DNA from: Chloroflexota bacterium
GTDB lineage: Bacteria > Chloroflexota > Limnocylindria > Limnocylindrales > CSP1-4
DNA length: 64,000 bases
NCBI GenBank assembly: GCA_021789435.1
Contig: JAJYJO010000005.1
Location: forward strand, 2,521 to 66,520
Direction: 5' to 3'
Each line of letters begins with the position of its first letter. Within the stretch, counting starts at the first letter, position 1. This document shows positions 39,253 through 48,615 of this stretch, piece by piece. The translations under genes and the position numbers were made by a program. A model generated the notes under the pieces. That model was not told the origin of the DNA, searched no databases, and was given only the letters and a program-made list of their open reading frames with translations.

Positions 39253-39460
39253 GCGCGAGCGCCGCGGACATGCCCTCGCGACATCAGGCCGCGATAGGCG
39301 GGCGTCGAGCCCGGATGCGGCCGGCGACATCTGCCGGGCTGGCCGGTGACGGCCGGCTCGTGGATATGCGGTGACTCGCATACGTTGGGAAGTGACCGGC
39401 GGCCGTGGTAAGGTGGCCGGCACGAGCCGGCGGGCGTGGGCCGGCCCGGTGCAGGCGCTG

Positions 39461-40844
39461 TCGAAGCGGAGTGAATCCGTCAGCTCATCTGCCGACTGAA
39501 TCTGACAGTCGCTGAGCCAACCTGCTGTCGGAGCGTACGCGCTTCCAGGGGTGGTCGGGTGGCGGGACCCAGGGGAGCCTGGCGGACGCCGGGACGAGAC
39601 CCGGAGCCGCCCGCGGGTCGTCGTGGGCCCGCAGCTGGCCAGGATCGGCCGGAGCGACGGCCGTTGCCAGGCGGCGCTGGCCGTCCCAGGCGACGATCGA
39701 GCCGTCGAGGGCCTCGTGGACCTCGATGAGCTTGCCCGCGTAGTTCGCCGCCCCGGTCGCCCGGCGCGGCAGCTGCAGGACCCGGGCACCGACCCGAACG
39801 GTGTGGTCCTTGGCGACCTTGCGGCGGTACTTGAAGACGAGGACACGGTCGAGGTCGAGGCCATCCGGCAGCGCCCGCCAGGCGGGCTCGGGATCCTCGG
39901 CGGGGACGCCGAAGCGGACGTTGTGGCGCTCGATGAAGCCCGGCAGGAAGGCGGACGCCCCGTCCCGATCGCCGGCGCCGGCGAGGCGAAGCTCGGCGAC
40001 GAGGCGGTCCTGGAAGGTCCCCCAGAGCCGCTCGATCCGGCCCTTGGCCTGCGGCGAGCCGGCCGCGATCGAGGCGATCCCGAGCTCAACGAGCGCCCGC
40101 CCAACCTGGGTCAGGTCGGGCTCGCCCGAGCGCCGCGGCCTCGTCACCTCGAAGGCGCTGTGACCGTCGCGGTAGATCGCCCTGGGCAGCCCGTAGCGGG
40201 TCGCCACCTGGTCGAGAACGGCCAGGTAGCCGGCGCTGTCCTCGTGGTCGCGGAAGACGGCTCCCACGACCTGCCCGGTCGCATCGTCGATCGCTCCCAC
40301 CAGGGTCAGCCACGGGCCTCGGCCCTCGAGCCAGTCGTGGCGGCTGCCGTCGAGCTGGAGGAGCGCGCCGGCCATCGCCAGGCGTGGCCGGCGGCTGCGA
40401 TACGCGGGCGGTCGGCGACGGCGGGGGCTCGCGACCCCGGCCGCCCGCAGGACCGATCTGAGGCACTCCCGGCTGATCTCGATCCCCTCACGCTCGGCGA
40501 GCAGCTCCCGGAAGTGGCAGTCGTTGATCGGGCCGTATGCCGCGCGGATGGCGAGGATGGCGTCGCGGACCGGCGACGGTGTTCGGCGCGGCGAGCGCCG
40601 GCCACGATTGCCGTGGGCGAGCCCGGCCGGACCGGCGTCGCCGACGATCCGCCGCAGGCGCCACACCTGCCGCTCCGAGAGGCCCATCAGCGCGGCTCCC
40701 TCGGTGACCGTCAGCTCGCCGTTGCCGATCCGCCAGAGGACCCTCGCTCGCTGCTGCTCGCGCACCGTCATCGTGATCGTCTCCATCCGTGGAGACTGAC
40801 AAAATCACTCGGCAGTCAGCACTGACGGATTCACTCGGCATCGA
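39461..40844 (-). mobile_element. Insertion sequence, ISNCY-family-like (about 1.38 kb), with imperfect terminal inverted repeats and duplicated subterminal motif
   Basis: GAGTGAATCCGTCAG (39469-39483) is the exact reverse complement of CTGACGGATTCACTC (40822-40836). The match extends to about 21/23 (39461 / 40844). The right end carries ACTGACAAAATCACTCGGCA + ACTGACGGATTCACTCGGCA in tandem, with a related second copy inside the left end. No target-site duplication was identified. Confidence 0.7.
39485..40786 (-). CDS. DDE (rve-type) transposase with N-terminal HTH, ISNCY-family-like
   Basis: HTH region LTVTEGAALMGLSERQVWRL, AHGNRGRRSPRR, LQLDGSRHDWLEGRGPWLTLVGAIDDATG, YRDGHSAF, SPQAKGRIERLWGTFQDRLV. 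These blocks match ISNCY-type transposases as I recall them. Confidence 0.75.
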   Translation of the reverse strand: METITMTVREQQRARVLWRIGNGELTVTEGAALMGLSERQVWRLRRIVGDAGPAGLAHGNRGRRSPRRTPSPVRDAILAIRAAYGPINDCHFRELLAEREGIEISRECLRSVLRAAGVASPRRRRPPAYRSRRPRLAMAGALLQLDGSRHDWLEGRGPWLTLVGAIDDATGQVVGAVFRDHEDSAGYLAVLDQVATRYGLPRAIYRDGHSAFEVTRPRRSGEPDLTQVGRALVELGIASIAAGSPQAKGRIERLWGTFQDRLVAELRLAGAGDRDGASAFLPGFIERHNVRFGVPAEDPEPAWRALPDGLDLDRVLVFKYRRKVAKDHTVRVGARVLQLPRRATGAANYAGKLIEVHEALDGSIVAWDGQRRLATAVAPADPGQLRAHDDPRAAPGLVPASARLPWVPPPDHPWKRVRSDSRLAQRLSDSVGR

Positions 40845-40888
40845 GAGCGGGCGTCCGGCGGTGCGGTCCCCTTCGCTACACTGGCCTC

Positions 40889-41797
40889 GTGCCGGACGCC
40901 GTCGTCGCGCTCGACTTCGATCCATACCTCCGTCTTGGGGGGCTGAGCCTCCGTCTCGAGACGCTCGGCGTGGCCGCCGCCATCCTGGTTGCGCTGACTC
41001 TGGCCGCCGTGCTTGCCGGGAGAACCGCCGTCGGCCGCCAGCCGGAGGCCGGGCGAGCGCTGGAGGGGTGGTCCGAGCCCTGGCACCTGAGGCGCGACGA
41101 CCTCCTCTTCATCGTCCTCGGCGCCGTTCCCGGCGCGGTGGTGGTGGGGCGGCTTGGCTACGCCCTCATCCACCTGGACTACTACGCGGCGAACCCGGCG
41201 GCTCTGGCCGACCCGTCGCAGGGCAGCCTGTCGCTATCCGGCGCGCTGGTGGGTGGAACCCTGACCGGGGCCTACGTCGCGCGGCTGCTCGACGCTCCCG
41301 TTGGCCGCTGGCTCGGGCTTGCCGCGGGGCCCGTCCTGCTGGGCATCGCGCTCGGCAAGCTGGCGATGGCCCTCGGCGGCACCGGGCAGGGAGCCTTCTC
41401 CGACGCGAGCTGGGCGACCGCCTACGCGCGCGACGCGGCGTGGGGCAGCGGCCTGGCCGACCAGCCGGCGATCCCGTCGCAGGTGCTGGAGGCGGGCATG
41501 ACCCTGCTGGTCCTGCTCGCGCTGCTGATGATCGGCCGGGCCCGACCCTTCCGCCGCCGGCCCGCCCGCCGCTACCTGGCGGCCGTCGCGCTCTGGTGCC
41601 TCGGCCGCGCCGTCGTCGCCACGACCTGGCGGGACGCCACGGTCCTGGGCCCCCTCCGCGCGGAGCAGCTCCTCGATGTCGGCCTGGCGGCCGGCTGCCT
41701 CGTCGTGCTGGCCGTGCTCGCCCGCGACGCGGCCGCCCGCCAGGCCCGGGCAACCGCCCCGGCCTGGCCCGACCCGGCGACGCGCCCTCGCTTCTGA
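40889..41797 (+). CDS. lgt: Prolipoprotein diacylglyceryl transferase-like membrane protein
   Basis: GTG start. Multi-TM. VVVGRLGYALIH, SLSGALVGG and AIPSQVLEAG (compare HPTQLYE) resemble Lgt motifs, with divergence. Confidence 0.55.
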   Translation: MPDAVVALDFDPYLRLGGLSLRLETLGVAAAILVALTLAAVLAGRTAVGRQPEAGRALEGWSEPWHLRRDDLLFIVLGAVPGAVVVGRLGYALIHLDYYAANPAALADPSQGSLSLSGALVGGTLTGAYVARLLDAPVGRWLGLAAGPVLLGIALGKLAMALGGTGQGAFSDASWATAYARDAAWGSGLADQPAIPSQVLEAGMTLLVLLALLMIGRARPFRRRPARRYLAAVALWCLGRAVVATTWRDATVLGPLRAEQLLDVGLAAGCLVVLAVLARDAAARQARATAPAWPDPATRPRF

Positions 41798-41915
41798 CCC
41801 GGCTCCCGGACCCGGGCCCGTCGCTGGCCGACCAGGGCGCGGCCGGGTATCGTTGGGCCTGCCAGCGCGGGCAGCGTCCCATTCCCGCGCCGGCCGGAAC
41901 CGTGAGGTGCGTCCC

Positions 41916-43481
41916 ATGACCCAGGTTGCCGATCCGCGGGCCGCCGCCCGCCGGGCCGCCGGCCCCGCCACCGCCCCCCTCGCCGCGGCGTCGCCGCGGG
42001 TCCACCACTGGATCGACGGCCGGCCCGTCGCCGCGGCCTCGGGCCGGAGCGGCCCGGTCTACGACCCGGCCAGCGGCCGGATCGCCCGCGAAGTCGGCTT
42101 CGCCTCCGTCGAGGAGGTCGACGCCGCGGTCGCGGCGGCCCGGGCCGCCTTCCCCGCCTGGCGGGCCATGTCGCTCTCCCGCCGGACCGAGATCCTCTTC
42201 CGGATCCGAAACCTGGTGGAGGCGCACCGGAGGGAGCTCGCGGCTCTCATCACGGCCGAGCACGGCAAGGTCGTCTCGGACGCGCAGGGCGAGGTCGCCC
42301 GCGGCCTGGAGAACATCGAGTTCGCGACCGGCATCGCCCACCTGCTCAAGGGCGACTTCAGCGAGCAGGCCTCGACGGGGGTCGACGTCTACCAGATCCG
42401 CCAGCCGCTGGGCGTCGTGGCCGGGATCACCCCGTTCAACTTCCCGGCCATGGTCCCGATGTGGATGTTCGCCAACGCGATCGCCTGCGGGAACACCTTC
42501 GTGCTCAAGCCGTCCGAGAAGGACCCCTCGGCCTCGCTCTACATTGCCGAGCTGCTCCGGGAGGCCGGCCTGCCGGACGGCGTCTTCAATGTCGTCCAGG
42601 GCGACAGGGTGGCCGTCGACCGGATCCTCGAGCATCCCGACATCGAGGCGGTCAGCTTCGTCGGCTCCACCCCGATCGCGCGCTACGTCTACGAGCACGC
42701 CACGGCGGCCGGCAAGCGCTGCCAGGCGCTCGGCGGGGCCAAGAACCACATGATCGTGCTGCCCGACGCCGACCTGGAGATGGCCGCCGACGCGGCGATC
42801 TCGGCCGGCTACGGCTCGGCCGGCGAACGCTGCATGGCGATCGCAACGGTCGTCGCGGTGGGCGATGTCGCGGACAGGCTGGTCGAGGCGATCGAGGCCC
42901 GCCTGCCGAAGGTGAAGATCGGGCCGGGCGGCGACCCTTCGTCCGAGATGGGGCCGCTGGTCACGCGCCAGCATCGCGACAGGGTCGCCTCCTACCTCGA
43001 TTCGGCCGCCGCCCAGGGGGCACGGGTCGTGGCCGACGGCCGCTCGCATCCGCTCTACCGCGAGGAAGGCTTCTTCCTGGGCGTCTCGCTCATCGACGCG
43101 GTGACGCCCGAGATGGACTGCTACCGGGACGAGATCTTCGGGCCGGTGCTGACGGTGGTGCGCGTGCCGGCCTACGCCGACGCCGTGAAGCTGGTCAACG
43201 ACAACCCCTACGGCAACGGGACGGCGATCTTCACCCGGGACGGGGGGGCGGCGCGACAGTTCCAGTTCGAGGTCAAGGCCGGCATGGTCGGGGTCAACGT
43301 GCCGATCCCGGTGCCCGTCGCCTACTACAGCTTCGGCGGCTGGAAGGCTTCCCTCTTTGGCGACTCCCACATGTACGGGCCCGAAGGGATCCAGTTCTAC
43401 ACCCGGGCCAAGGTCGTCACCTCGCGCTGGCCGGATCCCCGGACCTCCGAGATCGACCTGGGCTTCCCTCGAACGCGCTGA
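41916..43481 (+). CDS. mmsA: CoA-acylating methylmalonate/malonate-semialdehyde dehydrogenase
   Basis: ATG at 41916. FNFPAMVPMWMF, VLKPSEKDP, GAKNH, GSAGERCMA, and the C-terminal YYSFGGWKASLFGD typical of MmsA/IolA. Confidence 0.85.
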   Translation: MTQVADPRAAARRAAGPATAPLAAASPRVHHWIDGRPVAAASGRSGPVYDPASGRIAREVGFASVEEVDAAVAAARAAFPAWRAMSLSRRTEILFRIRNLVEAHRRELAALITAEHGKVVSDAQGEVARGLENIEFATGIAHLLKGDFSEQASTGVDVYQIRQPLGVVAGITPFNFPAMVPMWMFANAIACGNTFVLKPSEKDPSASLYIAELLREAGLPDGVFNVVQGDRVAVDRILEHPDIEAVSFVGSTPIARYVYEHATAAGKRCQALGGAKNHMIVLPDADLEMAADAAISAGYGSAGERCMAIATVVAVGDVADRLVEAIEARLPKVKIGPGGDPSSEMGPLVTRQHRDRVASYLDSAAAQGARVVADGRSHPLYREEGFFLGVSLIDAVTPEMDCYRDEIFGPVLTVVRVPAYADAVKLVNDNPYGNGTAIFTRDGGAARQFQFEVKAGMVGVNVPIPVPVAYYSFGGWKASLFGDSHMYGPEGIQFYTRAKVVTSRWPDPRTSEIDLGFPRTR

Positions 43482-43490
43482 AGGGCAGAC

Positions 43491-43518
43491 GAAGCGGGCG
43501 GCAGCCGCCGCCCGCTTC
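43491..43518. terminator. 12-bp perfect-stem hairpin between the convergent mmsA and LLM genes
   Basis: GAAGCGGGCGGC-agcc-GCCGCCCGCTTC. Confidence 0.5.
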
Positions 43519-43583
43519 CGTCGCCGACGAGGCTGGCCGGTCCGGGCCGGACGGCACTTCCGCGGCTCGTCACGCCCCGGCTG

Positions 43584-44603
43584 TCAGGCCCCGGCCGCCG
43601 CGGATGCCTGAAACGCCGGGATCACCTCCCGGCCGTAGATCTCGAGCTGCTCTTCCTCGTCCCCGTTCATCAGGTAGAGGTTGAACTGGTCGACGCCGGC
43701 ATCGGCGAGCGCCCGCAGCTTCCGGACGTGGTCCTCGACCGAACCCACCAGGCAGAAGCGGTCGACGATCTCGTCGGTCACGAACGCGGCATTGGACGAG
43801 CCGACCTCGGCGTGATGGTGGTAGTCGTAGCCCTCGCGGTTGCGGATGTAGGCCGTCAGGCCGGGCGGGAGGTCGTCGCGGTCGTAGCGGTTGACCAAGT
43901 CGACGACATGGTTGCCCACGAGGGCCGGGAACCAGCGGACCCGGTCACGGCAGAGGGCGAGGTCGCCGACGTGGGCCGGGGCCGCGGCCATCACCTGGAC
44001 GGAGGCCGGGTCGCGGCCGGCCTCCACGGCGGATGCGCGCGCCTGGCCCCCAAACCAACGGATCAGGTCGGGGTCGCCGATCTGGAGCATGGCCCCGTCC
44101 CCGATCCGCCCGGTCAGGCGGAGGGCGACCGGTCCATAGCCAGCGAGCCAGACCCGCAGCGGCCAGCCCGTGGTCCAGGACAGCTGAAGGACCGTGCCCT
44201 CGTACTCGATCTCCTGCCCGGCGACCAGCGCCCGGATGACGTGGACCGCCTCCTCCAGCTGGGCCATCGTCGTCGGCCCCTTGCCCAGGACGCGGCGGGC
44301 CGAGTCGCCCCGGCCGATCCCGAGGTCCATCCGGCCGCCACTGATCTCCTGGAGGACGGCCAGGGCGCTGGCGGTGACCGAGGGCTCGCGGGTCGCCGGG
44401 TTGGTCACGCAGGTCCCGAGCCGGAGGGTGGTGGTCTTCTCGGCCATCACCGTCAGGAGCGGGTACGGGTCGCGCCAGAGGACGTGCGAGTCGAAGAGCC
44501 AGCCGTGGGTGAAGCCCGCCGCCTCGGCCTGCCGGGCGATGGCCACCGTCCGCTCGACGCTGTGCTCGGGCTTGAGGGTGAAGCCGAACTGCATGGCCGT
44601 CAT
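43584..44603 (-). CDS. Luciferase-like (LLM class) flavin/F420-dependent oxidoreductase
   Basis: ATG at 44603 after GGAGG. MQFGFTL, GFTHGWLFDSH, LGTCVTNP, MDLGIGRGDS, GYGP, FCLVGS. Confidence 0.7.
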   Translation of the reverse strand: MTAMQFGFTLKPEHSVERTVAIARQAEAAGFTHGWLFDSHVLWRDPYPLLTVMAEKTTTLRLGTCVTNPATREPSVTASALAVLQEISGGRMDLGIGRGDSARRVLGKGPTTMAQLEEAVHVIRALVAGQEIEYEGTVLQLSWTTGWPLRVWLAGYGPVALRLTGRIGDGAMLQIGDPDLIRWFGGQARASAVEAGRDPASVQVMAAAPAHVGDLALCRDRVRWFPALVGNHVVDLVNRYDRDDLPPGLTAYIRNREGYDYHHHAEVGSSNAAFVTDEIVDRFCLVGSVEDHVRKLRALADAGVDQFNLYLMNGDEEEQLEIYGREVIPAFQASAAAGA

Positions 44604-44686
44604 GCCTCCTGGAGCGCGTCGTCCTCCAACCGTCGGCCGGCGCACCGCCGCCCGACCCGCCTCCCGATCCTGCGCCCGGGTCCAGC

Positions 44687-45544
44687 CTACGGCGCGACGA
44701 GGTCGCCGTAGGCCTCCGGCCGCCGGTCGCGGAAGAACTGCCAGGTCTGGCGGGCCTCGAGGACCTTGTCGAGATCGAGGTCGCGCACCAGCAGCTCTTC
44801 GGCGTGGGTGTCGCCGATCTCGCCGACGAACTGGCCCCGCGGGTCGCAGAAGTAGCTCTGGCCGTAGAAGTCGTCCTCGCCGAGCGGCTCGACCCCGACC
44901 CGGTTGATGGTACCGACGAAGTAGCCGTTGGCGAGGGCGTGGCTGACCTGCTCCACCCGCCAGAGGTACTCCGAGAGGCCGCGGCTCGTGGCCGACGGGA
45001 TGAAGACGAGCTCGGCGCCGTTGAGCCCGAGCGCCCGGGCGCCCTCGGGGAAGTGGCGGTCGTAGCAGATGTAGACCCCGACCTTGCCGACGGCGGTCTC
45101 GAAGACCGGGTAGCCAAGGTTGCCCGGCCGGAAGTAGAACTTCTCCCAGAAGCCCGCCACGTGGGGGATGTGGGTCTTGCGGTACTTGCCGAGGTACGTT
45201 CCGTCGGCGTCGATCACCGCCGCGGTGTTGTAGTAGATGCCGCGGGTCCGCTCGTCCTCCTCGTACATCGGCACGATCAGGACCATCCCGGTCTGGCGGG
45301 CCAGGTCCTGCATCCGCTTGGTGGTCGGGCCGTCGGGGATGTGCTCGGTGTAGCTGTAGTACTGGGCGTCCTGGACCTGGCAGAAGTAGGGCCCGTAGAA
45401 GAGCTCCTGGAAGCACATCACCCCCGCGCCCTGGTCGGCTGCCCGGTGGGCATAGCCCTCGTGCTTCTGGATCATCGATTCCTTGTCGCCGGTCCATTCC
45501 GCCTGGAGCAAGGCCGCCCGCACGATCCGCGGCATGACGTGCAC
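44687..45544 (-). CDS. Beta-ureidopropionase / N-carbamoyl-amine amidohydrolase (nitrilase superfamily)
   Basis: Glu-Lys-Cys triad context: MCFQELF, YRKTHIP, VYICYDRHFPE. Overall similar to beta-alanine synthase type CN-hydrolases. Confidence 0.75.
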   Translation of the reverse strand: MHVMPRIVRAALLQAEWTGDKESMIQKHEGYAHRAADQGAGVMCFQELFYGPYFCQVQDAQYYSYTEHIPDGPTTKRMQDLARQTGMVLIVPMYEEDERTRGIYYNTAAVIDADGTYLGKYRKTHIPHVAGFWEKFYFRPGNLGYPVFETAVGKVGVYICYDRHFPEGARALGLNGAELVFIPSATSRGLSEYLWRVEQVSHALANGYFVGTINRVGVEPLGEDDFYGQSYFCDPRGQFVGEIGDTHAEELLVRDLDLDKVLEARQTWQFFRDRRPEAYGDLVAP

Positions 45545-45794
45545 CTCCCCGCTGGTTCGGACCGCCGGGCCGGCCGCCGCCGGTCGTTCCCCGCGGCGCC
45601 TTCGACGCTGGGTCGCCTCCGGCGAACGACCGACCGGCCGTCGCCTGGATGAGGTGTGAGAGCGTACACCGTGACCGGCGCGCGGCGCCGGGCGGGCCTT
45701 TCGGCGCCGACCTGGTTCGCCGCGCCGGCGCCGGGCCGCCGTCGGCGTGGCCGTCGAGCGCGCCGCCCGGGCCGTCGATCCCGGCCCGGCTCGC

Positions 45795-47072
45795 TCAGTG
45801 CCCGGCGGCGATCCGCTCGAGCTCCGTCAGCAGGCGGTCCACCTCGTCGGCCGTGTTGTAGTGCGCGAGGCCGATCCGGAGCAGCCCGCCGCTGTCGAAC
45901 AGGCCCAGGCGCTCGATCAGGGCCTGGGCGTAGAAGTCGCCGTCCCACGTGAAGATGCCGGCCTCGCCCAGGGCCCGCGCCGCGTCCCGCGGAGAGACGG
46001 CGTCCAGCGTCAGAGCGAGCGTGGGGGCGCGCTCGGTCTCGAAGCGGGCGGGGTCCGTGATCCCCCAGACCCGCAGCCGGGGGATCGCCGCGAGGCCCTC
46101 CATCAGCCGGCGGAAGAGCCCCAGCTCGTGGTCGCGGATGGCGGCCATCGCGCACTTCAACTCGAGGGCCCGCCCCGTCCGCGGCGCGAAACGCGCGGCC
46201 CGCTCCATCCCGAAACGCCGGCCGACCGATCGCAGGTACTCGACCGCGGCCAGCGTCCCGGCGATCCCCTCGTGGTTCTGCGTGCCGGTCTCGAACCGGT
46301 CGTGGGCCGGTCGAACCTTGTAGGCCGGCAGCCGGTCGAGCACGTCGCGCCGCCCGTAGAGCGCGCCGACGTGCGGCCCGAACCACTTGTAGGCCGAACA
46401 GACCAGGAAGTCAGTGTCCAGGGCCGCGACGTCGATCGGGTGGTGCGGCGCCAGGTGAACCGCGTCGACGTACGCCAGGGCATCGATGGCGTGGGCCCGG
46501 GCCACGATCTCGCCGACCGGGTTGATGGTCCCGACAGCGTTCGAGGCGTAGCCGACCGCGACGAGCCGCGTCCGCGGCCCCAGCTTGGCGTCCAGGTCGG
46601 CCAGGTCGAGCGTGCAGTCCTCGGGGCGGATCCCCACGGTCCTGACGACCAGCCCACGGTCCGTGGCGATCGCCCGCCAAGGCGAGACGTTGGCTTCGTG
46701 GTCGAGGCTCGTGACCACGATCTCGTCGCCCGGCGAGAAGGTGGCCGCGATCGATCGGCTGACGTGGAAGGTCAGGCTGGTCATGTTGGCCCCGAACTTG
46801 ATCTCGTCCGGGGCCCGCGCACCCAGGAAGTCGGCCACGGCCGCGTGCGCCTCGGCCAGGATGGCGTCGCTCCGCTCGCTTGTCGCGAAGGCGCCGCCTT
46901 CGTTGGCGTTGGCCTCGCGGTAGTAGTCGGCGACGGCCTGGATGACCCGATCGGGGACCTGGGTCCCGCCCGGGCCGTCGAAATAGACGACCGGCCGGCC
47001 GCCGCTGGTCAGGCTGAGGGACGGGAACTCGGCGCGGAGCGCCGTCGGGTCGAGGTTCATCGACTTCTCCAT
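45795..47072 (-). CDS. Class V aminotransferase / cysteine desulfurase-like PLP enzyme
   Basis: ATG at 47072 (MEKSMNLDP). TSLDHEANV, VDAVHLAPH, SAYKWFGPHVG (PLP Lys). Confidence 0.7.
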   Translation of the reverse strand: MEKSMNLDPTALRAEFPSLSLTSGGRPVVYFDGPGGTQVPDRVIQAVADYYREANANEGGAFATSERSDAILAEAHAAVADFLGARAPDEIKFGANMTSLTFHVSRSIAATFSPGDEIVVTSLDHEANVSPWRAIATDRGLVVRTVGIRPEDCTLDLADLDAKLGPRTRLVAVGYASNAVGTINPVGEIVARAHAIDALAYVDAVHLAPHHPIDVAALDTDFLVCSAYKWFGPHVGALYGRRDVLDRLPAYKVRPAHDRFETGTQNHEGIAGTLAAVEYLRSVGRRFGMERAARFAPRTGRALELKCAMAAIRDHELGLFRRLMEGLAAIPRLRVWGITDPARFETERAPTLALTLDAVSPRDAARALGEAGIFTWDGDFYAQALIERLGLFDSGGLLRIGLAHYNTADEVDRLLTELERIAAGH

Positions 47073-47089
47073 CGGGCCGAATGTGGGCG

Positions 47090-47250
47090 GGGTGACTGCG
47101 GGCCGGGGACCCCGGGCCGGGACGTATGCAAGCCGGCGACCCCTGGGGCCGGCGACTGCGGGCCAAGACTCATGCGGGCCGGCGACCCCCGGGGCCGGCG
47201 ACCCCGGACCGGGACATGTGTGGGCCGGCGACTGCGGGCGCGATCGAGGT
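47090..47250. repeat. Degenerate direct-repeat/palindrome cluster in the aminotransferase-iolE intergenic region
   Basis: GGyGACTGCGGGC x3 (GACTGCG at 47094, 47154, 47230). GCCGGCGACCCC x3. CCCCnGGGG palindromes. Confidence 0.8.
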
Positions 47251-47400
47251 GGACTCGGGCGGACGCAGGCTCGGCGGGGAGCCCGCTCGCCACGCGTCAG
47301 GGTAGCCCCTCGAGCGGCCGGCGATGGAGCCCCCGAGGCGGCCGCCGCGACCCGCAGGGCGGCGGCCGGCAGGCGGGCGCGCAACGCCGCGAAAGAGGCC

Positions 47401-47428
47401 TTGACAGGCGGCATCCCGAGACTATTCT
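47401..47428 (+). promoter_or_regulatory. Sigma-70-like promoter candidate for the iol operon
   Basis: TTGACA (47401-47406), a 16-nt spacer, then TATTCT (47423-47428), in a locally AT-richer patch. Confidence 0.45.
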
Positions 47429-47437
47429 GAGGTCGCT

Positions 47438-47449
47438 GTAATCGTTTAC
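47438..47449. promoter_or_regulatory. LacI-type operator candidate GTAATCGTTTAC
   Basis: An 11/12 match to the perfect palindrome at 50749-50760, placed 10 nt after the -10 element. Confidence 0.5.
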
Positions 47450-47625
47450 GCCGGGCTACGCGGGCCAGGCCGATCCACGCCGGTCATGCCGGACTGCGCT
47501 GGGCCGGACTGCGCTCGCTCGCGCCAGCTTGGCCGACCTTCTGGAAGGGCCCCGGGCCGGGGCGTCGCCGGTCCGCCTCCATCCCGCGCAGCGCCCGCGC
47601 CGCCAGGGCGGGCCGAGGAGCAGCC

Positions 47626-48615
47626 GTGACCGCCACCCAGACCGCCACCCGCGCCACGCAGGGTTGGCTCCGCCGATCGGGCGGGCCGCTCGACGGAGCC
47701 TCCATCGGGATCGTTCCGATCACCTGGAACAATGGCGACCTGCCCGACCTGGCACCGCCGGTCCCGGCCGACTTCGTCCTCGACGAGATCGCCCGCCTCG
47801 GATTCGAGGGAACCCAGACCGGTGTCGGCTACCCGGCCGGCGAGCAGCTGGCTGCGGAGCTCGCCGGGCGGGGACTCCGCCTGGCGGAGATCTACGCCGC
47901 CCTGCCCTGCACCCAGGATGGACCGACGGCCGACGCGCTGGCGGTCGGTCGGGCCAGGCTGGCGGAGCTGGTGGCCGCGAAGGGCGAGGTCCTGGTCGCC
48001 GCGCTCGACCTCTCTCCGGCGCGCGAGCCGTGGGCGGGACGCGCGACCTCCCCCGGCGCCCCCCGGCTCACCGACGGCGGCTGGCACGCCCTGGCCCAGG
48101 TCATCGAGACGCTGGCCCGTGAAGCCGAGGCGGCCGGCTGCAGGCTGGCCTACCACCAGCACGCCGGCACCTTCGTCGAGCGACCGGAGGAACTGGACCG
48201 CCTGGTCGCCGAGCTCGATGCGGTCGCCGCGCCGGCGCCCAGCGCCACGGGGATCTGCCTCGACGTCGGCCACTTCACGGTCGGCGGTGGCGACCCGGTG
48301 GCGGCCCTCCGGCGCTACGGCGAACGAGTCGTGCACGTCCACCTCAAGGATGTCGACCCGGAGGTGCTGGCCGGCCTCCAGGAGGGTTCGATCCGGGGGT
48401 TCCTGGCCGCGCTCCGGGCCCGCATCTACACCGAGCTCGGCGGCGGCGTCCTCGACGTTCCGGGGGTCCTGGAGCAGCTGGCGGCTCGGCGCTACCACGG
48501 CTGGATCATGCTCGAGCAGGACACGACCTGGAACCCGGCCTCCGAGTCGGCCGCCATCGGTCGGCGGGTCCTGGCCTACGCGATGCGCCATCTCGAAGTG
48601 GGAGGCGAGCGATGA
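47626..48615 (+). CDS. iolE: Inosose dehydratase-like sugar-phosphate isomerase/epimerase (TIM barrel)
   Basis: GTG after GAGGAG. IGIVPITWNNGDLPDL, LAYHQHAGTFVE, LDVGHFTVGGGD, VHVHLKDV, GWIMLEQD. Collinear with B. subtilis IolE as I recall it. Confidence 0.7.
   Translation: MTATQTATRATQGWLRRSGGPLDGASIGIVPITWNNGDLPDLAPPVPADFVLDEIARLGFEGTQTGVGYPAGEQLAAELAGRGLRLAEIYAALPCTQDGPTADALAVGRARLAELVAAKGEVLVAALDLSPAREPWAGRATSPGAPRLTDGGWHALAQVIETLAREAEAAGCRLAYHQHAGTFVERPEELDRLVAELDAVAAPAPSATGICLDVGHFTVGGGDPVAALRRYGERVVHVHLKDVDPEVLAGLQEGSIRGFLAALRARIYTELGGGVLDVPGVLEQLAARRYHGWIMLEQDTTWNPASESAAIGRRVLAYAMRHLEVGGER

Noticed and set aside
45545-45794. CRP-like site TGTGAGAGCGTACA upstream of the beta-ureidopropionase gene.
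   Set aside because: Only the outer TGT...ACA is symmetric and the right half does not match TCACA. This is too weak to call.
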